DNA from: Octopus sinensis
Lineage: Eukaryota
Length of the DNA: 64,000 nt
Assembly (NCBI RefSeq): GCF_006345805.1
Contig: NC_043008.1
Coordinates: forward strand, 30,318,001 to 30,382,000
Direction: 5' to 3'
Part shown: positions 23,357 to 36,045 of the stretch, in pieces
How the letters are laid out: every line of letters starts with the position of its first letter
How positions within the stretch are numbered: the stretch's first letter is position 1
Program-made: the position numbers and the translations under genes
Notes under the pieces: model-generated
The model's database searches: none
Told to the model about the DNA's origin: nothing
Seen by the model: only the letters and a program-made list of their open reading frames with translations

Positions 23357-23490
23357 TAATTGGTGTTATTATGCCGAGCATCATGTCGACACAAATACCG
23401 AGATTTCTTCCGACCCCAACCAATGTCACATACAGACGAGGACAATTAGCAACGTTGCGGTGTTCCGTAGATAAATTGGGAACAAAATTT
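23357..23490 (+). CDS. Internal coding exon of an immunoglobulin-superfamily cell-surface protein (Dpr / zig-8 / lachesin-like), N-terminal part of first Ig domain
   Basis: Acceptor TTTCAG ends at 23356 and donor GTGAGT starts at 23491. The exon (phase 1 in, phase 0 out) reads xIGVIMPSIMSTQIPRFLPTPTNVTYRRGQLATLRCSVDKLGTKF. This matches the Dpr-like pattern PxF..t.NVT...G..A.L.C.V..LG.k.V with first Ig Cys, an NVT sequon and an intron before the V-x-W strand. The ORF-track continuation past 23490 is intronic low-complexity sequence. Confidence 0.8.
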
Positions 23491-26400
23491 GTGAGTGTAA
23501 TATATTTTACATTTCCTATATTTTGCAAATATGCCTCACCATGTGCACCCACGCAAAAAATATGCATCGGCACGTGCACCCACGAAAAAGAAAATAACAT
23601 GTATATATTGACAGATTCATACATGCAAACAAAATCACACATAAGCGCACACATCAAACAAATATATTTAAGAACGTTGTGTAAACTTACTTAAATCAGG
23701 ATCCACACAGTATAAAGATCAGAGGATTGAGTGCCGCATATCCGAACAGAATTTTCATATATTTTTTATCTTCATGAGCACATTTACCCACAAAATTTAT
23801 ATATTATAGATTCTTTAGTATTTTTCCATCCATCTAACATTTTTTCTCTGTTTTTCTTTGCTTTTATTAAACGCTACAAACAGATAACTGAATGTTGGCT
23901 GTTCATTATGTACATACAAAATGTTAAAGAACTATAGAAACATCTAACAAAAGTTACAATTTTACTCTCAGTACCATTAAACTAGTCTAGATATAAATAA
24001 ACTGATTTATTGCTAACTATATTTATATGTTTTAGAACACATCAGGTTAAGATATGCTGGAAAATAAAATTATTAAAATCAAGTGTATTGTAATCAGATG
24101 TCACCTTGAAAATGTTTATTTCACATAACATTTCACACTAGAAATATAACGCCATTACTATCAGGCCATTCATGTCATCTCTCACTGTTTGTAAGGTCTT
24201 GTGGTTTTACAATAAGCTCTGCCAATTAACCCGATTTGGTGAGTTGCACAGTGCGTTGATTTTAGTATTGTGATTGCGAAGGGCAATGATTTACAGCAAC
24301 GTAATGCTGAAAATAAAAATACATTGAACAAAAGTTTACTTCATTTTAGTCTGTTTTATTTCTGGAAATTAACTTCATAATTCAATCATAGACTGGAAAT
24401 TATATATAATCTACAAACTCAGATCTTGGGATTACATTAGTTCTATTTCCATGACTGATTATATGTAATCAAATTTTCCTCAACGAAACAACGAAGAAGA
24501 AAAAAGAAATCCGAAATTAGGGACCAACTGTTGCTCGTCCTCCAAGATAGGAAGTTACCAACCAGGTTCTGAGTTTATCCTGTTTTCTACCAGTTTGTAG
24601 CATTTTAGTTCAGTTCAGCAAGTAATGATTTTATCCTTCTACTGAGATTGGGAATGTAGCTGCGACTTTGTTGACAATCAATTTGTGTAAAATTTAAAAT
24701 ATCTCAGTATAATAAAAAAAAAATATGATCTTGCCCGCGGAGTGCCAAGTGAAGAGCTCATTGATGATCTGTTATATCAGTAAAGAATATCGTACCTTAA
24801 ACGATTAACAATTTTCCAGCTTTAAACATAATTATAGATTCCAACAACTCCACGAAGCTACTCACGGCATTGCTGGTTAAGAACAGCTACACAGTAGAGC
24901 AGAAAAATATATTACTGGGTTTTATTTCCAAATACTCCTTTTTCAACAGTGCCTAAAATATCCATGTATTTAAGCTTAAATTTTTGACTGCCCAACGTAA
25001 ATAATCTATTGTTAGTGATGATATTGCGTCTGATGTTCAACTGGAAATTATGCAAGTGACACGTTATTTCAATATACCACCAACTTAACGTCTTTAAGAC
25101 GGAATTTTAATTGGGTCTGCTTTCAAAGTGACAATGTTCGTGCATGTTTGAGTGACTAACAAGATATGTGTTATGAGTGATTATGATGCAATAATGTATT
25201 ACAAACAGATAATAATGATTTGATGTGAGGTAATTTAAACACAAAATCTACAGTCGATTAAGTCGGCCTAGCACTTGAATTGCACTTTCTTGTTTTTTTT
25301 TTAACCTATAATGAAACTTAGAACATACAGAAATAAAATGAATACCACACTGATTTCATTCGATACTTTAATCATTCTGCTGATCAAACGACTCCATTTT
25401 AGAGAAATCGTGCAATTCGGATTTAATAAACTTGACCATTTAAATTGGAAAAAAAAAGTGGGTTAATATTACTGAAACAAAATATAGCAAGAGGACTTTT
25501 TATAATTATATGATTGATGAATTGCTGAACTTGACTAAATGCGGCAGTTTCATAGCATGTCGCACACAGATAATGAAGTGAGCGTATGTGCAAATGTATG
25601 CAGAGAATTATCGCTAACATGTAACGTGAGACTATCACCAGATTCCTCACATTCTTCTCCAATATACATACATAACCCTATATACTCATACATGTATATA
25701 AATATATGTGTAAATACGCACACACATATATACCCAAACGTACTCCTAGATATTCGGGCTTCTGTACAGTTTTCTATGATTGAAACAAATTGATACTTCA
25801 TGCTGAACCAAAAGCTATGGTTGAATTCACTTTTCACATGTCGCCAAATATGACTGAACACTATAAATGTTGTTTGGAACTGAAATAATAATCAACAAGT
25901 ATTTCAGACCTTGTTTCCGAAGCACAGGGACGAATGTGATTTATTAATCATACAAGGAATTTCAAAATTATATCGTCACTAGATAGCTGTTCTGCGAAAG
26001 TCGCATTTTTACATAATAGCATGGATGCCTCTCATACAAAACTGAATTAAAATGCGATGGAATAGCAGAAAGCTGCTCTAATTGATTATAGTAACTTGCG
26101 ATAACCTCTTTATAACAGCTTAGATAGTATGTTTTTAGGAAAGTGCCTTTGTATTATCTGATATTGTGTTGTAAGTAAAAATGAGTATTTCGAAAATATT
26201 TCAAACAGTTAGGTATAATGAGACATAAATACAACGACTACGACATAATAGATAATAGTAGCAACACATAATCATCTCTGACATCAATAGTTTCTCATGA
26301 GAGGTATTGATATATGATCCTAGTTTCGAAAATGTAAAGGTATCAATTGGACTCATTGTGTATTATTTGAAATAGTTCACTGAAAGGGTTACTGGCTAAG

Positions 26401-27344
26401 AGCAGGTTATATTACGAAGGTGACTACGTCAGTCATAATATTGTAGACATCTGTAAACATTGAATTGTGATCAAAGAAATAACCTGAAAGAGACCGAGTA
26501 TATAGTCAAAAGAATGTAATAGCGACGCAGATATATTGTTAGGTGAATTATATGTACACATGACTATTAGATGAATAGCGAGCAAATGACAGAGTGATCG
26601 TGATAGAGATAGTACTGCATATAGAATGCTAGATAAATGAAAGTATGGGTGGGAGAGGTGAGCGAGTTGATTAATAATATAGAGGTAAGTATTTTGAGTG
26701 TGAAACAAACATAAAACATAAATATTGTGCAGAACAGAAGAAATATTTACTTCAAGTTTCAATTAAAGTTTAGCTTTTAGCAAGGCTATGTTAGAAAATA
26801 TTCGTTATTTATTAAAAATTGCAATTAATTGTCCTTGAAAGTTACACATATTCTAAATATAATTTGTATTATGCTCAGAAGATAAGTTTTCAATAAACTA
26901 CTTAGAAATGACAAACACCGCAAATACTACTTATAGCTTCATCTGCTTCGGGATCCATCGTTCCTCGTAAAATTATGTTTCCGATGATCGCAGAGTGAAA
27001 TATTTCTGTTTAATTCTACATACTAACAATTTAGAAATTTAGCAACATCTTTCAAATATACAACGGCAGATTTTAATCCTAGAAGATATCATAATCATAG
27101 AATATTATACGGTTAAATAATATGCGCACAAATATTGTCTTGTTGTTCAACAAATATCCAATGCTACTAATAATTAGAACGAAAGACAATATTGAATAAA
27201 AGAGAGAAACGAATACATATAAACTCTGTTTTTATGTGAAATAGATATCTGTCACATTGTTTTTAAATCTTAGATAAAAAATTATAAGCAAAGAAAACAC
27301 GTTCAAATATAGAAATACACTATATTTATAGGCAAATATATATT

Positions 27345-27430
27345 GTTGCGTTCACGATCACTAGAAGGTGAGTTTGAATCCCTGACCGGTCTGCGTGTTT
27401 TGCTCTTGAGCAAACCCTTGCTCTAGTGCT
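27345..27430 (+). mobile_element. Fragment of tRNA-derived SINE family 3
   Basis: GTGAGTTTGAATCCCTGACCGG...TGCTCTTGAGCAAACCCTT is similar to 42754-42870. Confidence 0.5.
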
Positions 27431-27663
27431 GTGGGGAGACCAAGCATGTCAAGGAATAGACCCATGATTCTCTCTGAGTGTCGTAAATACGACGAAAAGA
27501 GGTTGATGTATGATTCGCACCCTAACCCCGTAAATCCTCACCGGCAGCGACCAGTCAAATAGACCCATGGGGTAGACGGCTGTCGCCTGAGTGCTGCAAA
27601 GTTGTTCCGGAACCATCAACAAATAGTGGATGCAGCGACACGCTGTTACAACGCATGTGAACA

Positions 27664-27739
<76 letters not shown>

Positions 27740-28010
27740 CGACGATAATTTAGTAATGTTACACTACTCTATTATCAAAGAGCACAGCACAAAATCGGCG
27801 GTTAAATGAGAGCTAATGCAACACCATACTCGATGAGTACTGTGCACTGAAGTAAACAAAACTTTCAGATACTAAAAAAATATTCAATATTCCAGCAATA
27901 CCTTGGACCCTTTCAGAATGATTATTTCAGTTTGACTTTTTGGCATTTTTCGGAGGATTTAATTTGAATTTATGTGAGATCTGCATATATGTTTGAGAAA
28001 GAAGCTGGCG

Positions 28011-28171
28011 TAGGAGCTGCTGTGTGGTAAGTACCTTGCTTACCAACCACATGGTTCTGGGTTCAGTCCCAGGGCGTGGCACCTTGGGCAAGGGTCTTCT
28101 ACTATAACCTCGGGCCGACCAAATCCTTGTGAGTGGATTTGGTAGACGGAAACTGAAAGAAGCCCGTCGTT

Positions 28172-28210
<39 letters not shown>

Positions 28211-28490
28211 GTATATATATGTGTGTGTGTGTGCGTGTGTGCGTATGTATATATATGTGTGTGTGTGTATGTGTGTATGTTTGTGTGTCTGAATTTGTTC
28301 CCCCAATGTCACTTGACAACCAATGCTGGTGTGTTTACGTCCCTGTAACGTAGCGGTTCGGCAAAAGAGACCGATAGATTAAGTACTAGGCTTACAAAGA
28401 ATAAGTCGTGGGGTCGATTTGCTCGACTAAAGGCGGTGCTCCAGCATGGCCACAGTCAAATGACTGAAACAAGTAAAAGAGTAAAAGAGA
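28011..28490 (+). mobile_element. Complete tRNA-derived SINE family 1 copy
   Basis: Same head, microsatellite and tail organisation as 11729, ending GACTGAAACAAGTAAAAGAGTAAAAGAG. Confidence 0.9.
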
Positions 28491-28539
28491 AAAGAGAAAC
28501 GGAATACGGTATAGAAAAACATAAACAATGAAGGTATGA

Positions 28540-28790
28540 AGTGTGGAAGAAGGAAAATAAGGAGGTGAAAGAGAAGAAAGGAGGGCAGGAGGAGAGAGAA
28601 GGAGAAGGGGATGGGAGGAAGAGAAGTAAGAGAAGAAGAGGGGAGGGGAGGGTAGAGGATGACGGAGGAGAGGTGGAGAAAAGATGATGAAAGTCGAAGT
28701 GGAATAAGATAAAGAGGAAGTGGACGGTGATAAATTTGAAGGAGGAGGAGTAGGAAGGGGAAGAAGAAGAAGAAGAAGAAGAAGAAGAAG

Positions 28791-28820
<30 letters not shown>
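28540..28820. repeat. Polypurine (GA-rich) tract ending in (GAA)n
   Basis: Seen directly. Confidence 0.9.
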
Positions 28821-28821
<1 letters not shown>

Positions 28822-29117
28822 GGCAATAACGTTCCAGGAGAAGTTGCAACCAAACATAATGATTTCATAGTTTGCTAGGATGTGTTGTGGTTTAGACTGG
28901 AATTCTAGACTTGAATAGAATTTAAAATGATGCCTTAACAAATAGTGAAGTGCATTGAAAGTAGGCTGTATTGAAGTTAAAGGAAATTCTCATAATACTA
29001 CTAATCAAAATGTAAGGAAAGTTATCAATAAAATATGCTGATAAATATATTAATAGGTATATTTGAAAAAGAAATGGCCTAAAGTAATTACTAAAGAAAA
29101 ATAATTATTCCATTTAA

Positions 29118-29265
<148 letters not shown>

Positions 29266-29269
29266 TATC

Positions 29270-30530
29270 AAACGGACATGAAAGAATATTGAAAAAAATG
29301 TGAAATTTTGAAGTGATAATAAATGGAATGACGTGAATCTAAAATATTTCCAGGATAGCTACTGAAGTCGATGTAAAGAACTTTTATAAGTTTGGAAACA
29401 ACTACTACAAACCTACATATCGACACACCTTGAAGTATTTTAAAATGTTCACCTTCATTATACATATGTTTGTTAATAAATATATCAGTGTAAAGGCAAT
29501 CCATCACGGCCGATTTTACCAATAAGTTTCGTAATAGGGATTCAAATGAGTGTTAGTTAACAATCCGATTATTTAACACTGCGCTCTTCAGGGGTAGCCG
29601 TTATGGAATGAAATATGTCTATTTTTGGAGGTGAACAGACACATTCAGTTTGTGATTGCAGTGAAAAAGATTATAAAACAAACCGAGCAGCGGTTGAGTT
29701 AAGGTGTTGCAAGTCGGCGAGAGTTTTCTGAAAAAGAGTTTATGGGAAATGTGTGTATCTTTAAAGTTGGTGTTCTTGTAGAAATAGAATGTGTGTCGAG
29801 TATATATGTATAGCGATTGCAGTAGTATGTACACATCTGTGTTCGGTAGTGTGCTTTCTTTTCTTTGGTTAAAATCTTGGTGCATTTATGCGTGCATATA
29901 GTGTATGTAGGGGTACAAAGATGTGTGGGGGATTATATTAAGGGTGTGTGGAAAATGAGTATTGGAAGGATGTCTGTCGTGCTAGGATGTATGCGTTTTT
30001 GAGGGCGTTTGTGTATGCTCTGGTCAAACTCTTTGCCAGACTCCCAGTTATTGGTGACGGAAGGGCCGAAGCTGGGTGACTGATGCTTTAGGGCACACAG
30101 TTATGAAAGGATGTACTTCCTTCCATATGGGCAAGGATTAAAATTTTCACTTCTGCAGTTCAGAATATTTAATATCGCTCATTTCTCAGCCAGGCATAAT
30201 CTGAATTTTCTGCTGCTAGTGAAGTAAACATTATATTTCTCTAGAATCCTCTATTTTATGTTATATTCGAAAGCGCTTTTGTCAACAACCATACGTGTAT
30301 GGCCAGGGTTGTGGCGCTACCGTTCTCTGGGACATTGAAGCGGGATTGTGGTCATTATATCGGGTTCTGAAGGAGCATTCCATTGCTCCTACGTACTTAC
30401 GATCGTTTGGTTGCCCATTTGGTTTGACTCGTATAAGACAGCCTCGGTGTTTCAGAGGTTGTTCATTCGACATGTTGTGTTGCTCCTTCATGAGCATCCT
30501 GCTTCTGTCTCAGGTGTGGCCTACCTTATA
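29270..30530 (-). mobile_element. Degraded Penelope-like element 3' part (GIY-YIG endonuclease plus 3' non-coding region)
   Basis: The minus strand gives RKYVGAMECSFRTRYNDH (cf. YIG.TE..FK.RYNNH), then NIK*RILEKYNVYFTSSRKFRLCLAEK*AIL..LNCRSE (cf. IKW.IL.....Y.....C.LCL.EK..IL...LN.RSE). Coding support covers about 30100-30520; the extension to 29270 is inferred. Confidence 0.75.
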
Positions 30531-31286
30531 AAATCTTAGTTTACTTTGGGAGTACAGCTAAAACTCGCAGGGTGTGCCTATCAAATGATTTACTGAACCA
30601 ATTTGTATGTGGGAAGTGCTTGTTTTATCAGTGTGTGAGAGCAGAGCAAAAAAACACAGATTATTCAATATTGCTCTTGAATGGGTAATTTTCCCATTTT
30701 CATTTTGCACTCATTGAACGGTTTCAACAGCCCTAAATTATTGTATTGGTATATGGTAGACAAATAGTGGGCTTATGTCACCTTTTGAAAAGTTTTTGAT
30801 TTCTCTGTCATGCGCATAGTATTTCAACATGCTCGTTTGTCACACAGATACCATTCAATAAAATTCACTGTTAACGCTCCTGTTGATTTTTGTGCGCTGA
30901 GAACAAAATTATATCATTTGAAAATATGACCTACATACGATTAGGATATCACATGTCATATAAATAATTGATATCCATTGCAACAAGGAAAGCAATAACA
31001 GCCTACTAATCACATAGAATGATTTCATAAGATAGATTGTGGTGTACTTTAGAATTAAAGTACACGTCAGTGATCCATGATAATTTCCAGAAATCTACCT
31101 TTCAGAAAATACACTATGTCATGAAAGAAATTGTATTACCTTTTTCTTTAAAAAAAAAAATCATGTCATAACTTAGACATACCAAAGATATAGATATAGA
31201 GAAAGCTGCATAAATTCTTTCCGGACGAAGCCATTTCTGAAATCTCATAAAGTACATTGTAAGAAATGCCAATATCTCAGATGGGA

Positions 31287-31475
31287 CTAAGGCGGCAAGC
31301 CAGCAGAATCGATGGCACGTCGGGAAAAGTGCCTAGCAGTATTTCGTTCAAATCCGCTGAGTTCGATTTTGCTTCTCATTCATTGGGGATTGATAAAATA
31401 AGTACCAGTTGAACAATAAGGTCGAGGTTATTGACATACTCGCTCTCTGACCTTGTGCCAATATTTGAATTCAAT
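31287..31475 (+). mobile_element. tRNA-derived SINE family 2 (internally deleted)
   Basis: AAGGCGGCAAGCCAGCAGAATCGATGGCACGTCGGG...GGGGATTGATAAAATAAGTACCAGTTG. Confidence 0.75.
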
Positions 31476-32519
31476 GTTTCATATGGGACTTTGTTTATCA
31501 GCAGACTTCGTACAAGTCAGCAGTTGAATGAATATTGCTAATATGTAAGCAAGTGGTCCGTAGCTACAGACAAAGCCGGCCTATTTTGTTGCGTTAAAGA
31601 GACAATAAATAGATTTCGGGTGACTGAATGCAGTTTCTTAAGGTTTAGAAGCCTAGAAAGATAGAAAAAAACTCTACTCTTTAAAACACAAACTAGTGGA
31701 ACATAGTACATCACCATATGTCTCAGAAATATAGAACACACAGATAAGATACAAACTATCACACAGATGAGGTACAATATCACAAAATAATTTTCAAAGT
31801 AATATTTATCTCCAAGAAAAATATATAGCAGAATATAAACCTGCGGATGAAAACAACAAAAAGCATATCACAGAATACATGCAAAAAATATTAATATTTT
31901 CTTTAGACGGAATCTTTTATAAAATATCCCACCTCACTTTTATTTATAAATATATTCAAATATAGCACATATACACATGGTTGTGAGGTTTTGTATTTTA
32001 TTTATTTATATATATATATATTTTTTTTTTGTCATCGACATTGTCTACTGATTCGTTTCGTTTCAGATCTTTTCCTAGTTTTGCCATAGATTGTTTTTGC
32101 TTAACGTTAGATCTGCACACTCAATTTTTCTGCTACTCTTCTTGTCTTACAATGTATGCTATTTTTTTTTTCGGTAATATCAATATATTGAACAATATTG
32201 TCAGAAGGTATCGAAATTGTAATAATATTTGAAACCTGGTGATGAGTGATCGAACTTGTTTGCATCATTTCTTGCTGATTTTTAAAAATTTTACTCGTAG
32301 ATTCATTTGTCGACTCACAGCCCCTTTTTTCTGCCTTTGTCTAATGTCATCTTTACAGAAATTATGGATTTGAGTCCCACGGACAGTCTTAACCTTTTTC
32401 TATCGAAGTTATTCAACTCAAGTTTTACATACTATTATTCGTAGCTTCATCTGCTTCAAGATCCATCATCCCACAAAAACTAGTTCACGAACTCTTGTAG
32501 TTTATAAAATCTTATACAT

Positions 32520-32674
32520 TATTTATATTTGAGGGATATTTGTCCTCATCTTGTTTGTTGTTAACGTTTTAGATTATGTACTCTCCAGCCTTCTTCAGGT
32601 ATCCTGGGGGAATTTCGAACCTGGGTTCTCATTCCTAAAGTATTTTTCCGATGATCTTGTTGTTGTTGTTGTTG

Positions 32675-32733
<59 letters not shown>

Positions 32734-32960
32734 ATTATTATTATAGCCCGCGCTCTTAACTATTACGCCATATGCCTGTGGGTAATTATGGAGTGGATTT
32801 TAGGGCTTACAAATCTAATATTTTCCTACCCTTCCTTAATACCGGTTCCGATATGCTAACCATATCTGCACTAGATCTACTACTAACCCCAAGATTCCGT
32901 GTACTATTCCAGGCAGTGACTTGAATAATGACGATGATGATGATGATGATTATGATAATA

Positions 32961-32998
<38 letters not shown>

Positions 32999-33215
32999 CA
33001 TAATAATAATAATAATAATAATAACAACAACATCGGAAAAATACCTTAGGAATGAGAATCCAGGTTCGAAATTTCTCCCAGGACACCCGATGGCGGCTGG
33101 AGAATACATCAGCTGAAATATTGCGTTAACAACAAACAAGATGAGGACAAATATCCGTCAAATGTAAATAATGTAAATAATGTGCGCAATTCCTCATCTC
33201 TTAAATATAGAACAG
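32520..33215. mobile_element. Short Penelope-like insertion of two outward-facing termini (same family as 17678-19351)
   Basis: 32520-32655 is an inverted terminus, 32740-32920 the inverted ORF end and 3' UTR, and 33030-33215 a forward terminus. The 15-bp TSD is TAAAATCTTATACAT (32505) / TAAAATCTTATGCAT (33216). Confidence 0.85.
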
Positions 33216-33262
33216 TAAAATCTTATGCATATTACGTCACTGATATCAACAACATATATATA

Positions 33263-33319
<57 letters not shown>

Positions 33320-34139
33320 TATATATATACATATGCATATATATGTATGTATATATATATATAATATATATATATATATGTATATAAATTTATAAATAAG
33401 GATAATATCGATATTATCAAGTGGCCAGCATGGGAAAAAATACCATACAAAGGTAATAATTTTTTACAACTAAAAATAAGGGTGTCCGAGACACCACCAT
33501 GCCGATAGTGGATATATATATGTATATATAATCATAGCCATTTATACCTATCACGTTAACCATAACGATGAATATTTATCTACGTATTATACATCTAATC
33601 GTAAAACACTCCTCATTTTTTTAATTAATCCTCAGACAGATAGCGTAACTTTTATATCTGCCGACTAGTACTCTCTATGTTATTCAATTTTAGATTTATA
33701 GTATACTTATCATATACTAATATTAATGCTTTCTTTCGCATAAACGCCAGCAAATGAGCTTCGTAGAACGAGATAAGGATTCATATTTTAAATTTCACGA
33801 AGTAATATCACCCGAGGTCGCATTTGAAAGACGTTTCGTCTTCTTTATTTTAATACTTGTCTCTTTACATTCATCTCTCTTAATACTTGTCTCTTTACAT
33901 CCATCTCCCCCTCCTTTTTGAAGTGGGGCAATGTATACAGATGGAAAAAAAACAGAAGAACATATATACGTCTGACGGATATCTTTCAGACTTCAAACCA
34001 AAATCACCTAAAATCGTCACCCCAGGAATTGTTCTGTATCGATAATAGGCATAAGATAGCATGCATGTTTCTTTTGTAAACGTACCCCAGGATATAACAA
34101 GTTTTCTCTTGTAACCGAGCAATCCTAATAAATGACAAA

Positions 34140-34540
34140 GAATGTATGGAACAGTTGAGAAGAAAACCTAGAACATCTTTCAAACCTCATTAAATGCGTT
34201 TGTTATAACATTAAGAAGATAGATGAGCCAAAATTTTCCGCGCAATAGATGTAAACTTGTATCTCAGCCTATTGATCAATATCAGTAGCACTATGTGCAA
34301 AATATTTGGTATTAACGACTATATTTCCATACAATTTGAGACCAAAGCATTTGCTTCTATCAGCGAAGTAGACTATAGATTTAAGCCTGCATATAACATG
34401 CATTAGATGTGAATATCACAAACTTCGGCTCTTTAATAACTCTAAAAGAAGGCTAATCAGTCCTACCAAAACTGAGCTCCGTATAGATACTAAACATCTT
34501 CTAGTTTCGTGTGTTCCAGTACGGAGGCCCTTCAGTGATT
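34140..34540 (+). mobile_element. Degraded Penelope-like RT N-terminal fragment
   Basis: About 34415-34505 translates HKLRLFNNSKRRLISPTKTELRIDTKHLL (cf. HK.NF.NNPKCRLINP.KSELG.ISK.IL). Confidence 0.55.
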
Positions 34541-35849
34541 TAAACAAGTTTAAGTATAAAAAGTATGTGAGGATTCGGTTGTAACCATATGTTTCATATA
34601 TTTTTAAATAAAAAAGAAAAAATTCTCGCTGATAACATTTGAGCTCAGAACGTAGAGGCTCATAGATATATACAATAATATAATTAAAATCAACAATCTA
34701 CAGTAGTGGGATATGCATTCTCTAGGTAATACCAAACTTCTAATTTTTCCTTTGCTTATTACTGAAATAAGATGATGTTTTAAAGAAAAAAATATATTTA
34801 AAAGATGTACACATACGTATGCCCACACAAAAATACACATATATATGCGTACTTATATATACATACACATATGGGCATGTATGTGTATATATATATATAT
34901 ATACACATATACATACAAATATATATAAATGTTTATATATATGTGTGTGTGTGTATATATTTATATTGGTATGTGTATATACATATATGTATTTTATATA
35001 TATATATGTGTGTACGAATATCTTCGTTTACTTGTATGTAGTTACACAAGTGTGTGCTGGAGTATGTGTGTCTCTTTACATTTCAGTGAACCTGTTCATA
35101 ATTACTAATATAATTAGTTTATTTACTGTTGCTATTATTACGATTCTTGACTGTATTGTTCCTGTTGCTGTGCAATATTCTTTGAAAAAGTCGAGAGACC
35201 AATTTAAAATAAAAACAGAAAATACATATATATTGATAAAAAAGTATTCCTTCTAAGTTTGTGCGTAATTTCGTTTGCGGTTGTATATATTCTTCCTCTA
35301 CTATTTGTTTCAGGTTTATTTCTTTTTTTAGAAACTATAAGATATTGTCAAAAGCACTTTCATTCCTAGAGATAGGCTTTTAAATACCTCTTTCTTAGCA
35401 TCAATATTGAATTTATGTTTCCTTGGTTTTAATATACCACAATGACTACCGGTTTGTTTATTTTATTTATTTTTTTATGTATGTCATATGCAAACTTCAG
35501 AATTGCGTTTTATTTCGGCTTTTGCTTTATTTTTCAAAACACATACGTAAAACCTGGAAAATACAGCTTTTATTACTTTAATATTTTTATTCACTCCTGA
35601 CAGTCAGAGTTTTTTTAATTATTTCTGTTATTTTGCGTTTCCATTTTTTTTATTTCACTTTTGTGAATGTCATTTTCAATATTTGTTTGGGGAGTTTTCC
35701 TTTTCTTTCTTGCCACATATTTTCATTCTTTTTGAAGCGTTATATCAATTTGCAAAGCACTCAAGGAAATGGTCATTCTCTTACACTAGATGCTTCTTTG
35801 AAATTATTTTGCACACTTTCAATACTTATTTTACTCACAACAACTTCTG

Positions 35850-36045
35850 CGGCTGCTGCTACAACTACGACTACTACTGCTACAACGACTACTACTACGA
35901 CTACTACTACTATTGTGGCTATTTTGATGAGATCGCTGTTGCTCTATAAAATGAGCATTTGCAAGAAATTATTATTATTATTATTATCATTATTATTAGT
36001 ATTATTGTTATTTTTATTCTTCTTATTATTATTACTATTATTTGA
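35850..36045. repeat. (ACT/ACG)n and (TTA)n low-complexity tract
   Basis: Seen directly; source of the poly-T/poly-L ORF at 35633. Confidence 0.85.

Noticed and set aside
33851-33908. Short local tandem duplications (also about 14970-15070, 16727-16760, 49034-49066, 54180-54245)
   Set aside because: These are ordinary slippage duplications with no further structure.
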